This document shows, piece by piece, positions 1 to 9,815 of a DNA stretch of 32,000 bases. Below the pieces are notes generated by a model. That model did no database searches, had not been told where the DNA came from, and saw only the letters and a program-made list of their open reading frames with translations. The translations under genes and the position numbers were made by a program. The first letter of the stretch is position 1; every line of letters begins with the position of its first letter. This stretch comes from Deinococcus radiodurans R1 = ATCC 13939 = DSM 20539 (GTDB taxonomy: Bacteria; Deinococcota; Deinococci; Deinococcales; Deinococcaceae). The DNA is taken from contig NC_001263.1 in assembly GCF_000008565.1 (NCBI RefSeq), forward strand, positions 1,820,603 to 1,852,602, in the 5' to 3' direction.

Positions 1-447
1 AATCACCAGCCCACGCGGCGCCACGAACAGCGCGTCGGGCAGCTTCAGTTCATCGGGGTTGGCGTCGGGCAGCTTTTCGTAGGCGCGGATGATGTCGTAG
101 GCCGCGTACCCCACTGCGCCGCCTACCAGCGCAGGCAATCCGGCGGGCACGTCCAGCGGGCGGGTCGTGACGCGGTAGAGCCGGGCGAGCGGGTCGGCTT
201 CCTCGCCGTCGAAGTCACCGAATTGCCCGCTGCTCTGCACCCGTCCGGCGCAGGCGCGAAACGTGCCCTGCTCGCCCACGCCGATAAACGAGTAGCGCCC
301 CAGCTTTTCGCCCGCTTCCACGCTTTCGAGCAAGAACGACACCGTTTCTCCCTGTGCGGCCTTGAGGTAAGCGGTGACGGGCGTGTCGAGGTCGGCATTG
401 AGTTCATGGACGGCGAGACAGGTCGGGTGGGCAGAGGTCTGGGACAT
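1..447 (-). CDS. trpE: Anthranilate synthase component I (TrpE), N-terminal ~149 codons; gene continues past the left edge of the window
   Basis: Absent from the ORF track because there is no stop inside the window. Hand translation from ATG 447..445 gives MSQTSAHPTCLAVHELNADLDTPVTAYLKAAQGETVSFLLESVEAGEKLGRYSFIGVG... This is the LESVE-x-G-x3-GRYSFIG region typical of TrpE/PabB chorismate-utilising enzymes. AAGGAG lies 8 nt upstream of the ATG. The Trp-codon leader upstream favours TrpE over PabB. Confidence 0.85.
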   Translation of the reverse strand, partial: MSQTSAHPTCLAVHELNADLDTPVTAYLKAAQGETVSFLLESVEAGEKLGRYSFIGVGEQGTFRACAGRVQSSGQFGDFDGEEADPLARLYRVTTRPLDVPAGLPALVGGAVGYAAYDIIRAYEKLPDANPDELKLPDALFVAPRGLVI

Positions 448-476
448 GGGCAGGACTCCTTATGGACTGAGCGGGG

Positions 477-513
477 CACAACAAAACGCCCCGGGCGCGG
501 AAAGCCGGGGCGT
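477..513 (-). terminator. Intrinsic terminator / attenuator hairpin in the trpE leader
   Basis: Minus strand: ACGCCCCGG (513..505), 10-nt loop, CCGGGGCGU (494..486), then UUUGUUGUG. It lies between the Trp-codon mini-ORF and the trpE Shine-Dalgarno. Confidence 0.6.
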
Positions 514-538
514 GTGCGGAGATAAGAAAACGCGGCAC

Positions 539-586
539 TCAGACCCAGCGGGAGCGGGGCCACCACGAAGTGCGGCGGGTCAACAT
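539..586 (-). CDS. trpL: Candidate trp leader peptide, 15 aa: MLTRRTSWWPRSRWV
   Basis: ATG 586..584 to TGA 541..539. Tandem TGG TGG at 565..560 and a third TGG at 547..545. No SD, but TACCTT (598..593) lies 6 nt upstream of the ATG. A terminator follows 25 nt downstream, then trpE. Confidence 0.5.
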   Translation of the reverse strand: MLTRRTSWWPRSRWV

Positions 587-643
587 GAGGGGAAGGTAGC
601 GCGGGGAAGGGCGGCGGCGGGCGGGGTGTCTAGCAGAGGTCGC

Positions 644-1294
644 TTAGCGCAGCGCCACCCAGCCCAGCGCCAGCAGCAGCGCGGCACCGATGCCCAGCAC
701 GCTCAGGGCCTGCACGCGGGTCTTTTTCAGGAACAGCAGCACGCCGATGCCGGTGAGGGCCACCACCGTCAGAAACACGCCGCTGAGGTCAATCACCCAT
801 TTCCACGCGCCGGGGGCGTCGCGGCCCTTGTGCAGGTCGTTGAGAACCGCTACCGCGCCCTGTTGCTGGATGTCCACCGTATACTTGCCGGTCTGCGTGT
901 CGATGACTGCGTCGGCGCTGTAGCCGGGGGCCAGAAAGGACACGCTCGCCTCGGTGCCGTCCACCCGGGGGCTGTCGGCGTGCCCGTGCAGGTTTTGCTG
1001 CTCACGGAGGGCCTCGGCGGTGGTGAGCCAGTTGACCTCGCCGCCCTTGATCCAGCCGCCCGGCAGCGTGCCCGTCACCTTCTGCTCGACTTCCTGCGTG
1101 CCGAACACCCAATCGGGATGGTTGAGGGTCACGCCGCTCAGCGCAAAAAACAGCACCGCAAGCAGGCTGATCATGGAGGTGTAGGTGTGCAGCCAGCGCA
1201 GCCACTTGTTCGCCTGCGCCTTAGCATTGGGGGCCTTAGCGTTGGGGCGGCGGGCCGGGGCCACGTCCCGCTCAGGCCTTGCCGAAGCTGACAT
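644..1294 (-). CDS. PepSY-associated TM-helix membrane protein
   Basis: 216-aa ORF. The N-terminal KWLRWLHTYTSMISLLAVLFFALSGVTLNHPDW segment is typical of PepSY_TM-type proteins. A second hydrophobic helix lies at the C-terminus. It overlaps the upstream DUF2271 gene, consistent with one operon. Confidence 0.7.
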   Translation of the reverse strand: MSASARPERDVAPARRPNAKAPNAKAQANKWLRWLHTYTSMISLLAVLFFALSGVTLNHPDWVFGTQEVEQKVTGTLPGGWIKGGEVNWLTTAEALREQQNLHGHADSPRVDGTEASVSFLAPGYSADAVIDTQTGKYTVDIQQQGAVAVLNDLHKGRDAPGAWKWVIDLSGVFLTVVALTGIGVLLFLKKTRVQALSVLGIGAALLLALGWVALR

Positions 1295-1862
1295 TCACGG
1301 CCTCGATGTCGCCGTCGGCCCCCAGGCTCTTTTTGAAGGCGCTCGTTCCGACGCTCACCTTCTGGCGCACCAGCCCGTAGGGACCATGCTCGCGGCCCGA
1401 CTCGACGCAGACATAGTAGTCGCCCTGCGGCGCGAGTGCGTTCTTGTCGGTTTTGCCGTCCCAGGCGACCGCGTAGGTGCCGGGGTTACGGGTGGCGCTG
1501 CTCACCGTGCTCACGAGCTGGCCGTTGTCGCGGGTCCAGCGGCGCAGACTTTCTTCGAGCCAGCGCGGGTTCAGGCGGCGCTGCTGTACCCACACCGTCA
1601 GGGTGCGGACGGTTTTGCCGCTCTCGTCCTCGATCCAGACCGCCACAAAGGGGCGCTTAACTCGCCCACTGGCTTTGGTCGCCACGCTGAACTGAATATC
1701 GAGCTGCATGCCGCTGGCCCAGGCTTTGCTGCTGGTCGCGGCCTCCGCCAGCGCGCCGGGCACCACGCGCGAGGCGCCGAGCGCGGCGGCAGCGACGGCG
1801 AGCTTGCCGAGAAAGGAACGGCGGGTCTGTTGGACTTCGGGGGCAGTTTCGTTTCTGGTCAT
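1272..1862 (-). CDS. Tat-exported DUF2271-like protein, candidate flavinylated partner of ApbE
   Basis: 196-aa ORF with twin-arginine signal TRRSFLGKLAVAAAALGA. It lies between the ApbE and PepSY_TM genes. An internal VSSATR motif resembles the S-G-A-T type FMN attachment site. Confidence 0.65.
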   Translation of the reverse strand: MTRNETAPEVQQTRRSFLGKLAVAAAALGASRVVPGALAEAATSSKAWASGMQLDIQFSVATKASGRVKRPFVAVWIEDESGKTVRTLTVWVQQRRLNPRWLEESLRRWTRDNGQLVSTVSSATRNPGTYAVAWDGKTDKNALAPQGDYYVCVESGREHGPYGLVRQKVSVGTSAFKKSLGADGDIEAVNVSFGKA

Positions 1863-1928
1863 AGGTCTTCTCCTTGTGGCCGTGCTGTGGTTCTGAGCAG
1901 AAGATGCCCGGAAGACGTTAGGCGGCGG

Positions 1929-2867
1929 TTAACGCCAGTTCGTGCTCTGGAGCTGCGCGCCGTCCCGCGTGACCAGCAGGGCCGCGCAGCCGGGGGTTTC
2001 GTCAGCAAGGCGCAGGCCGTCAGCGGGGGCGAGAACGCTCAGGGCCGTCGCCAGCGCGTCCGCCATGGCGCAATCGGGCGCGGTCACAGTGACGCCGGGC
2101 ACCGCTTCCACCGGTTGCCCAGTGCGCGGGTCAAGGAGGTGCGAGTGCCACTTCTTCCCCACTCGGTGTCCCCGCCGGGCGCCGCCGCTGGTTGCCAGCG
2201 CGCCGTTTTGGACCCACACCGTCGTCAGTGGAGGCGCGTCGTCGCGGGCAGTGAAGGGGTCGGCCACCGCTACACTCAGCCCATCCCCACCGAGTGTTCG
2301 TAGGTCGCCCCCAGCGTTCACCAGCACCGCTCGCACGCCCGGCGCGGCGAAGGCGGTTTCGGCCATCCGGTCCACGATAAAGCCCTTGGCGAAGGCGTTG
2401 AGCCCCAGCGGGAAGCGGGCGTGAACCGTCGCGCTGCCGTCGCCGTGCCGGGTCCAGAGGGGAGCACGCAGCTCGGCCACCTGCCGGGCGAGGGCTGCCG
2501 GGTCGGGCGCCTCGCCCCGCGCCGCTGCCGCCTGCCACAGCGCCCCGAGCGCATCGGCCCCAGGGTGAAAGGCACCGCCCGTGACCTGCTGCCAGTGCTC
2601 GGCGCGTTCCAGCACCGCGAGCAGCTCGGGGCTGAGGCGCACGCGCTCGCCTGGACTTGCCAACCAGCGGGAAAACTCGCTGCTGGGATCGAAGCGGTTG
2701 AGGACAGCGGTCAGCCGCTCAAGTTCGTCCAGCGCGGCATTCTCAGCGGCCTCGGCCTGGGCGCGGGTGCCCGCCACCACCTGCACCTCGACCTCGGTGC
2801 CCAGCAGCCGTTCATAGACGCTGCGCAGGCGATAGGGCGGGCGCAAGCGAGCGAAAAGTCCAGTCAT
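1929..2867 (-). CDS. apbE: FAD:protein FMN transferase (ApbE family)
   Basis: The ORF contains LATSGG...HSHLLDPRTGQP, matching the ApbE ATSG...H-x-x-DP-x-TG-x-P signature. Start placed at the internal ATG 2867 (MTGLFARLRPPYRLRSVYERLLGTEVEV). The track ORF extends to 2921. Confidence 0.8.
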   Translation of the reverse strand: MTGLFARLRPPYRLRSVYERLLGTEVEVQVVAGTRAQAEAAENAALDELERLTAVLNRFDPSSEFSRWLASPGERVRLSPELLAVLERAEHWQQVTGGAFHPGADALGALWQAAAARGEAPDPAALARQVAELRAPLWTRHGDGSATVHARFPLGLNAFAKGFIVDRMAETAFAAPGVRAVLVNAGGDLRTLGGDGLSVAVADPFTARDDAPPLTTVWVQNGALATSGGARRGHRVGKKWHSHLLDPRTGQPVEAVPGVTVTAPDCAMADALATALSVLAPADGLRLADETPGCAALLVTRDGAQLQSTNWR

Positions 2868-2972
2868 GTGAAGAAGATGGCGCGGAGCGGTTAAAGGGGG
2901 ATTGGCAGGCCAACAGGGCAAACTCCGCGCCCCCGAAGCCAGGAAACGCGGAGGGGCAGGCGGCTCTTCCCT

Positions 2973-3767
2973 TCAGAAGGGCGTGCCGTTGTACCCCCAT
3001 GGCAGCTCAGGCTGCGCCTCGCCGTCCCAGGTGCGGGTGCTCACGTCGTGGCCGCTGGCACCCACGTCGTAGGTGGCCTGGCGGGTGACCACGTTCCAGC
3101 CTTTGGCGAGCGTCAGGTCCAGTTCACTTTTCTGCTCCCAGCGCGGGGGCGTAGGGGTGCCGTTCCAGCCGGTCACGACGCACGTCCGCTCTCCTTGCAG
3201 GTCCACCGGGCGGTCGGCGTAGACCAGAAACGTGACCCACGCCGTCTTGCCTTCAGACCGGGAGCGGACCAGTGCCGGGCGGGACGGAATGGGCGAAAGG
3301 AGGGCGCGCATACTGGCGTCGTTGCTCAGCTGCCAGCCCTCGTAGGTCGCCACCTGCGCCGCCGGGTCCGACACCGACAAATCGGCCTTGCACTTGGTGC
3401 TGTCCACCTTTTCCACCGCTCCCAACCACTGCGGAAATATCTCACTGACAGGCCACAGTTGCGGTGGCGTGGCCTGGCCTTCCACGCGCCAATGGCCCGC
3501 CGCGTCGACGGTGCCGATTTTCTGCCCCGCCAGGAACAGGTCCGCTGCCCTGGCCGGCGTCCAGCTCTGCACCTGCCCGCTGAGGCTCAGGCGCTCGCCC
3601 AGGGCGCCGTCGGCTGTCCCGACACGGTGTTGACCAGGATCAGGTTGACCGGGTTCGTGTTGTCCAGGCTCGGGTTGACCTGGAGTGGGCTTCTCGGGGT
3701 TTGGGGGGACCGTCGAGGTGCAGCCCGTAAGCAGGGCCGCCGCGAGCGCCAGCATCAGCTTTTTCAT
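2973..3767 (-). CDS. Lipoprotein of unknown function with PGQ(P/H)E repeats
   Basis: Internal start MKKLMLALAAALLTGC has a lipobox (LTGC), followed by PGQPEPGQHEPGQPDPGQH repeats. The 478-aa track ORF upstream of this Met is antisense to rimP and looks spurious. Confidence 0.6.
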   Translation of the reverse strand: MKKLMLALAAALLTGCTSTVPPNPEKPTPGQPEPGQHEPGQPDPGQHRVGTADGALGERLSLSGQVQSWTPARAADLFLAGQKIGTVDAAGHWRVEGQATPPQLWPVSEIFPQWLGAVEKVDSTKCKADLSVSDPAAQVATYEGWQLSNDASMRALLSPIPSRPALVRSRSEGKTAWVTFLVYADRPVDLQGERTCVVTGWNGTPTPPRWEQKSELDLTLAKGWNVVTRQATYDVGASGHDVSTRTWDGEAQPELPWGYNGTPF

Positions 3768-3877
3768 GGACAGAGTGTAATTGACTGAGAGGCCGTTTAA
3801 AGCCCCGCTATCGTCACCCCGCGCCCGGTTGAGGGGCGGCCTTGCGCTATACTGGGGGTCAAATCCTCGAACCAGGG

Positions 3878-3910
3878 GGTGGGTGCTGAAGTTTCCGGCC
3901 CACCTTTTTT
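3878..3910 (+). terminator. Terminator-like hairpin inside the rimP-nusA-infB leader (candidate attenuator)
   Basis: GGTGGGT (3878..3884) pairs with GCCCACC (3898..3904), 7 bp including one G-U, followed by TTTTTT 3905..3910. There is no upstream plus-strand gene to terminate. A TATACT -10-like box lies at 3848..3853. Confidence 0.4.
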
Positions 3911-3972
3911 CGTGGAGGAGGTGGTGAAGACGCTGACCCCAGGGACGGTCCCCGTGGCACGGCGGCAACAAT

Positions 3973-4449
3973 ATGAATAACAAAACGAATAACAATTCGG
4001 TGCTTTTTGACCTGGCGGACGGCGCGGTGCGCCCGCTCGGCTTCGAGGTGCTGGAAGTCACCCAGCAGCGCGAAGGGCGTGATTTGATCGTGCTGGTGCG
4101 CATTGACCGGCTCGACGAGCAACCTGTGACGATGGACGACCTGACCGCCGCGAGCCGCGCCGCCGAGGCCGAATTTGACCGGGTGGACCCGATTGAAGAG
4201 GAATACCGGCTGGAATTCGAGTCGCCCGGTGGCAAGCGGCCCCTGCTGCGCGCCCGGCATTTCGAGCGCATGATCGGCCTCAAGGCCAAGGTCCGCAGCC
4301 TGCCCGGACGCGGCGAGCACAACTTCACCGCGCCCATCAAGGCCGTCGAGGGCGACACCGTGACCTTCGAGCACGGCGGCGAAGACCTCAGCGTGAACGT
4401 GGCTGACATTCAGGCCTCGCTCGCCGAGTTTCCCGACCGGCACCGCTGA
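3973..4449 (+). CDS. rimP: Ribosome maturation factor RimP
   Basis: 158 aa. LGFEVLEV...LIVLVRIDR...VTMDDL follows the RimP N-domain pattern, and the gene sits immediately upstream of nusA. Confidence 0.85.
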   Translation: MNNKTNNNSVLFDLADGAVRPLGFEVLEVTQQREGRDLIVLVRIDRLDEQPVTMDDLTAASRAAEAEFDRVDPIEEEYRLEFESPGGKRPLLRARHFERMIGLKAKVRSLPGRGEHNFTAPIKAVEGDTVTFEHGGEDLSVNVADIQASLAEFPDRHR

Positions 4450-4503
4450 GCCGCGCCGTCCCCCTTTTTCAAAGATCAAAAAGCTGTTTTGCAAGGAGTG
4501 GTT

Positions 4504-5694
<1,191 letters not shown>

Positions 5695-5716
5695 GCGCCG
5701 GCCCGGCGGCCCGAGC

Positions 5717-6010
5717 ATGACCGGGTCTATTCCTGAGCGGCACACGCCCGAGCGCACCTGCGTCGCCTGCCGCCGCAAGCGCCCCCAGGGAGAACTGCTG
5801 CGCCTGACCCAGCAGGGCGAAGGCTGGGCAATCCAGCAGCGCCAGCGCACCGGACGTGGGGTGTACGTCTGCGCCGACTCGCCCGCGTGCTGGCAGGAAA
5901 AGCCGCTGCGACGGGCCTTTCGCGCCCAGGCCAGTGCGGTCAGCGAACTGCTCAAGACTCAGACGCCGGAACCTCAGCCGTCACCGCCAGAGACCCCACC
6001 GCGTCCATGA
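5717..6010 (+). CDS. ylxR: YlxR/RnpM family (DUF448) RNA-binding protein
   Basis: ERTCVACRRKRPQGELLRL...GRGVYVC matches DUF448. It occupies the conserved position between nusA and infB. Start at ATG 5717 within the longer track ORF. Confidence 0.8.
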   Translation: MTGSIPERHTPERTCVACRRKRPQGELLRLTQQGEGWAIQQRQRTGRGVYVCADSPACWQEKPLRRAFRAQASAVSELLKTQTPEPQPSPPETPPRP

Positions 6011-6078
6011 ACACCGCGAGCGCCGCCATGTAGTTCCTGCTTCTTCCCCACTTTTTTTCACTCACCCGGAGGTGAGTC

Positions 6079-7872
<1,794 letters not shown>

Positions 7873-7893
7873 ACCCGATTTCAGTTCTCCCGG

Positions 7894-7923
7894 CCCCCTT
7901 TCCCCAGTGGAGAGGGGGTTTTT
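7894..7923 (+). terminator. Intrinsic terminator of the rimP-nusA-ylxR-infB operon
   Basis: CCCCCTTTC (7894..7902) pairs with GAGAGGGGG (7910..7918), 9 bp with one G-U, followed by TTTTT 7919..7923. Confidence 0.7.
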
Positions 7924-7972
7924 CGTGCCTACGCCGCCGTGCGCCCCTGCCCTGCCGTGGCAGACTGCGCCC

Positions 7973-8512
7973 ATGCCGCCGCTGTTGCCGATCACCCTGC
8001 GCGCGGGGCCGTACACGCTGCGGCCTTTTGCCCAGCTCGACGTGCCGAGCATTGTCGCGGCGTCCCACGACCCGCTGATTCCGCTGATCACCACCGTGCC
8101 CGCTGCCTGCGACGAGGCGGGGGCGCTGGCCTTCATCGCCCGGCAACACGAGCGCCTGAGCAGCGGTCAGGGCTGGTCGCTGGCGGTGGCTGAGGGGGAC
8201 GCGCCCGCGCTGGGGCAAATCGGGCTGTGGCCGCAGCGGCACGAAACAGCGTCGCTGGGCTACTGGCTGCTGGCCTCGGCGCGGGGCCAGGGCGCGGCGG
8301 CAGCGGCGTTGTCGGCCCTGGCAGGGTTTGGCCTGGGACAGTTCGAGCGGCTGGAACTCTATGTCGAACCCTGGAACGAGGCGTCATGGCGCACGGCGGA
8401 ACGGGTCGGCTTCCGGCGCGAGGGACTGCTGCGGCAGTACCAGTACGTGGGCAGCGAGCGGAAGGATATGTACGTGTACTCGCTGTTGCCGGGCGAACTG
8501 AGCATTGCGTAA
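7973..8512 (+). CDS. GNAT family N-acetyltransferase (RimJ/RimL-like)
   Basis: LRPFAQLDVPSIVAASHDP...IGLWP...LGYWLLASARGQGAAAAAL...LELYVEPWNEASWRTAERVGFRREGLLR follows the typical GNAT core. Start at ATG 7973 is uncertain. Confidence 0.75.
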   Translation: MPPLLPITLRAGPYTLRPFAQLDVPSIVAASHDPLIPLITTVPAACDEAGALAFIARQHERLSSGQGWSLAVAEGDAPALGQIGLWPQRHETASLGYWLLASARGQGAAAAALSALAGFGLGQFERLELYVEPWNEASWRTAERVGFRREGLLRQYQYVGSERKDMYVYSLLPGELSIA

Positions 8513-8542
8513 AAAGCCGCCGGAGATGTGCTGCCCGGCGGC
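8511..8542 (-). terminator. Putative terminator for the 8562..9176 gene
   Basis: GCCGCCGG (8516..8523) pairs with CCGGCGGC (8535..8542). On the minus strand the hairpin is followed by TTTTT (8515..8511). Confidence 0.5.
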
Positions 8543-8561
8543 CTGCTCTCACCCTCAACAC

Positions 8562-9176
8562 TCAGAAGGTAAAGTTGCTGTTCTCGGCGCTGGCCTGGGT
8601 GTCCGTGTCGTCATCGCCCTCGTCACCCGTGTCGCCCTGGGCGTGGTCATCGTCGTCATGGTTACCCATGCCGTGTGGTCCACGGTCGCGGCCACCATCC
8701 CGGTTCTCGCCGGGGCCGCCGTGCCCGTGCGGGCCGTGACCACCGGGGCCGCCAGGACCGCCGAAAGCGAAAGGATTCTCGCTCAGGCGCCCCTTCATCT
8801 CGGCGGCGCGGTCACTGGGCAAGTCGCCCGCCTGCACGCCCTGGTCGATGGTGGCGCTCCCGGCAGCGGTGGCGGCGGCCTTGAGCCTGTCCACGCCGAT
8901 GCCGAGCTGCGCGGCGAGCTTTTGCAGGAACACGTCGGCGTAGTTGGTGCCGCTGCCCTGCGGAGCCGCCGGGCGCTGGCCGTTCTGGCTCTGGCCTTTC
9001 TGGGTCTGGGGGAGGCCCGGCTGGTCGAGGTTCTGGCCCTGCTGACCCTGTTGGTTCGGCTGTTGCTGGGTCTGACCGGGCTGGACTGGCTGCACGCGCT
9101 GGGGCTGCGCGGCGAAGGCGAGGCCGATGCTGAGGGGCAACGCGGCCCAGGCGATCAGGGGAAGACGGTTTTTCAT
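8562..9176 (-). CDS. Secreted low-complexity protein: Q/G/P-rich N-part and His/Gly/Asp-rich tail
   Basis: Signal peptide MKNRLPLIAWAALPLSIGLAFA. AAGGAG SD upstream. The C-terminus reads HGPHGHGGPG...HGMGNHDDDDHAQGDTGDEGDDDTDT. Confidence 0.6.
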   Translation of the reverse strand: MKNRLPLIAWAALPLSIGLAFAAQPQRVQPVQPGQTQQQPNQQGQQGQNLDQPGLPQTQKGQSQNGQRPAAPQGSGTNYADVFLQKLAAQLGIGVDRLKAAATAAGSATIDQGVQAGDLPSDRAAEMKGRLSENPFAFGGPGGPGGHGPHGHGGPGENRDGGRDRGPHGMGNHDDDDHAQGDTGDEGDDDTDTQASAENSNFTF

Positions 9177-9363
9177 GCGGTCACGCTCCTTGAAGTGGAA
9201 GCCGGGGACCGTCCCCGACCGTGACCGGAGGATGCCGGGAGGCGGTTAAGGGGGCGCTAAAACGCTTTCCCCGCCCGGGCGGCGGCCTACACTGGCGGCA
9301 GATGCGTTCGGCGACCCCCCCAACTACTCCACCCCGCTCACGCTGGGGCTGGGGGCGGCGTGC

Positions 9364-9732
9364 GTGCTGGCATCGCTGGCCGAGTTCGCGCTGGGCGCGC
9401 TGGACTACGGTGACGTGAACCGCTACCTGGGGCTGGGCAACATGTCGCTTGGCGGGCTGCTGCTCGTGTACGGCGTGCTGACGGTCATCCGCTACGCCGA
9501 GGCGCAAGACGCCCTGCACGACCCACTGCCGCGCACCCCGATGTACGACACGCCGCACCAGCGCCTCACCCTGCTCGTCGGCGTGGGCCTGAACCTGCTG
9601 GGGCTGGCGGTCTGCCTCGCCTGGGCCGCCGCCGGGCAGCGTCCGCTGCTGCACCTGCTGGGGGCCGCGCTGCACCTGTGGACCGCGTGGCTGGCGTGGC
9701 GGGGCCGCATTCGGGGTGCGGAGGGGATGTGA
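9364..9732 (+). CDS. Small hydrophobic membrane protein, function unknown
   Basis: 122-aa ORF with 3-4 hydrophobic segments. The frame is open from 9262 and the first helix seems to begin upstream of GTG 9364, so the start is uncertain. Confidence 0.4.
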   Translation: MLASLAEFALGALDYGDVNRYLGLGNMSLGGLLLVYGVLTVIRYAEAQDALHDPLPRTPMYDTPHQRLTLLVGVGLNLLGLAVCLAWAAAGQRPLLHLLGAALHLWTAWLAWRGRIRGAEGM

Positions 9733-9815
9733 ACCTCAGGGTAGAGCTGGGCGGCACACAAAGAAAAAGCAGAGGACACTCACCCGGCCCCCTGCTCTCA
9801 GTTGTTCTGAATAGC

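Noticed and set aside
3854-3874. GGGGGTCAAATCCTCGAACCA, reminiscent of a tRNA T-arm/CCA end upstream of rimP (E. coli has metY there)
   Set aside because: No complementary T-stem, acceptor stem or anticodon arm can be drawn from the surrounding sequence. I treat it as a chance resemblance. tRNAscan-SE would settle it.
3768-4409. N-terminal extension making the lipoprotein ORF 478 aa, and the 324-aa ORF at 3859..4833 (minus strand)
   Set aside because: Both run antisense through rimP and nusA. The lipoprotein has a canonical signal peptide and lipobox at the internal Met (3767). The extensions are Arg/Ser-rich nonsense.
7925-7927. GTG 7925 as an earlier start for the GNAT acetyltransferase
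   Set aside because: It lies immediately after the T-tract of the infB terminator (7894..7923). It would add a Pro/Ala-rich, non-conserved-looking extension. ATG 7973 is preferred but not proven.
9221-9418. 65-aa plus-strand ORF (MTGGCREAVKG...) upstream of the 9364 membrane-protein ORF
   Set aside because: It is Arg/Trp/Pro-rich with no hydrophobic or conserved pattern. It overlaps the frame that encodes a plausible transmembrane helix, so it is most likely non-coding.
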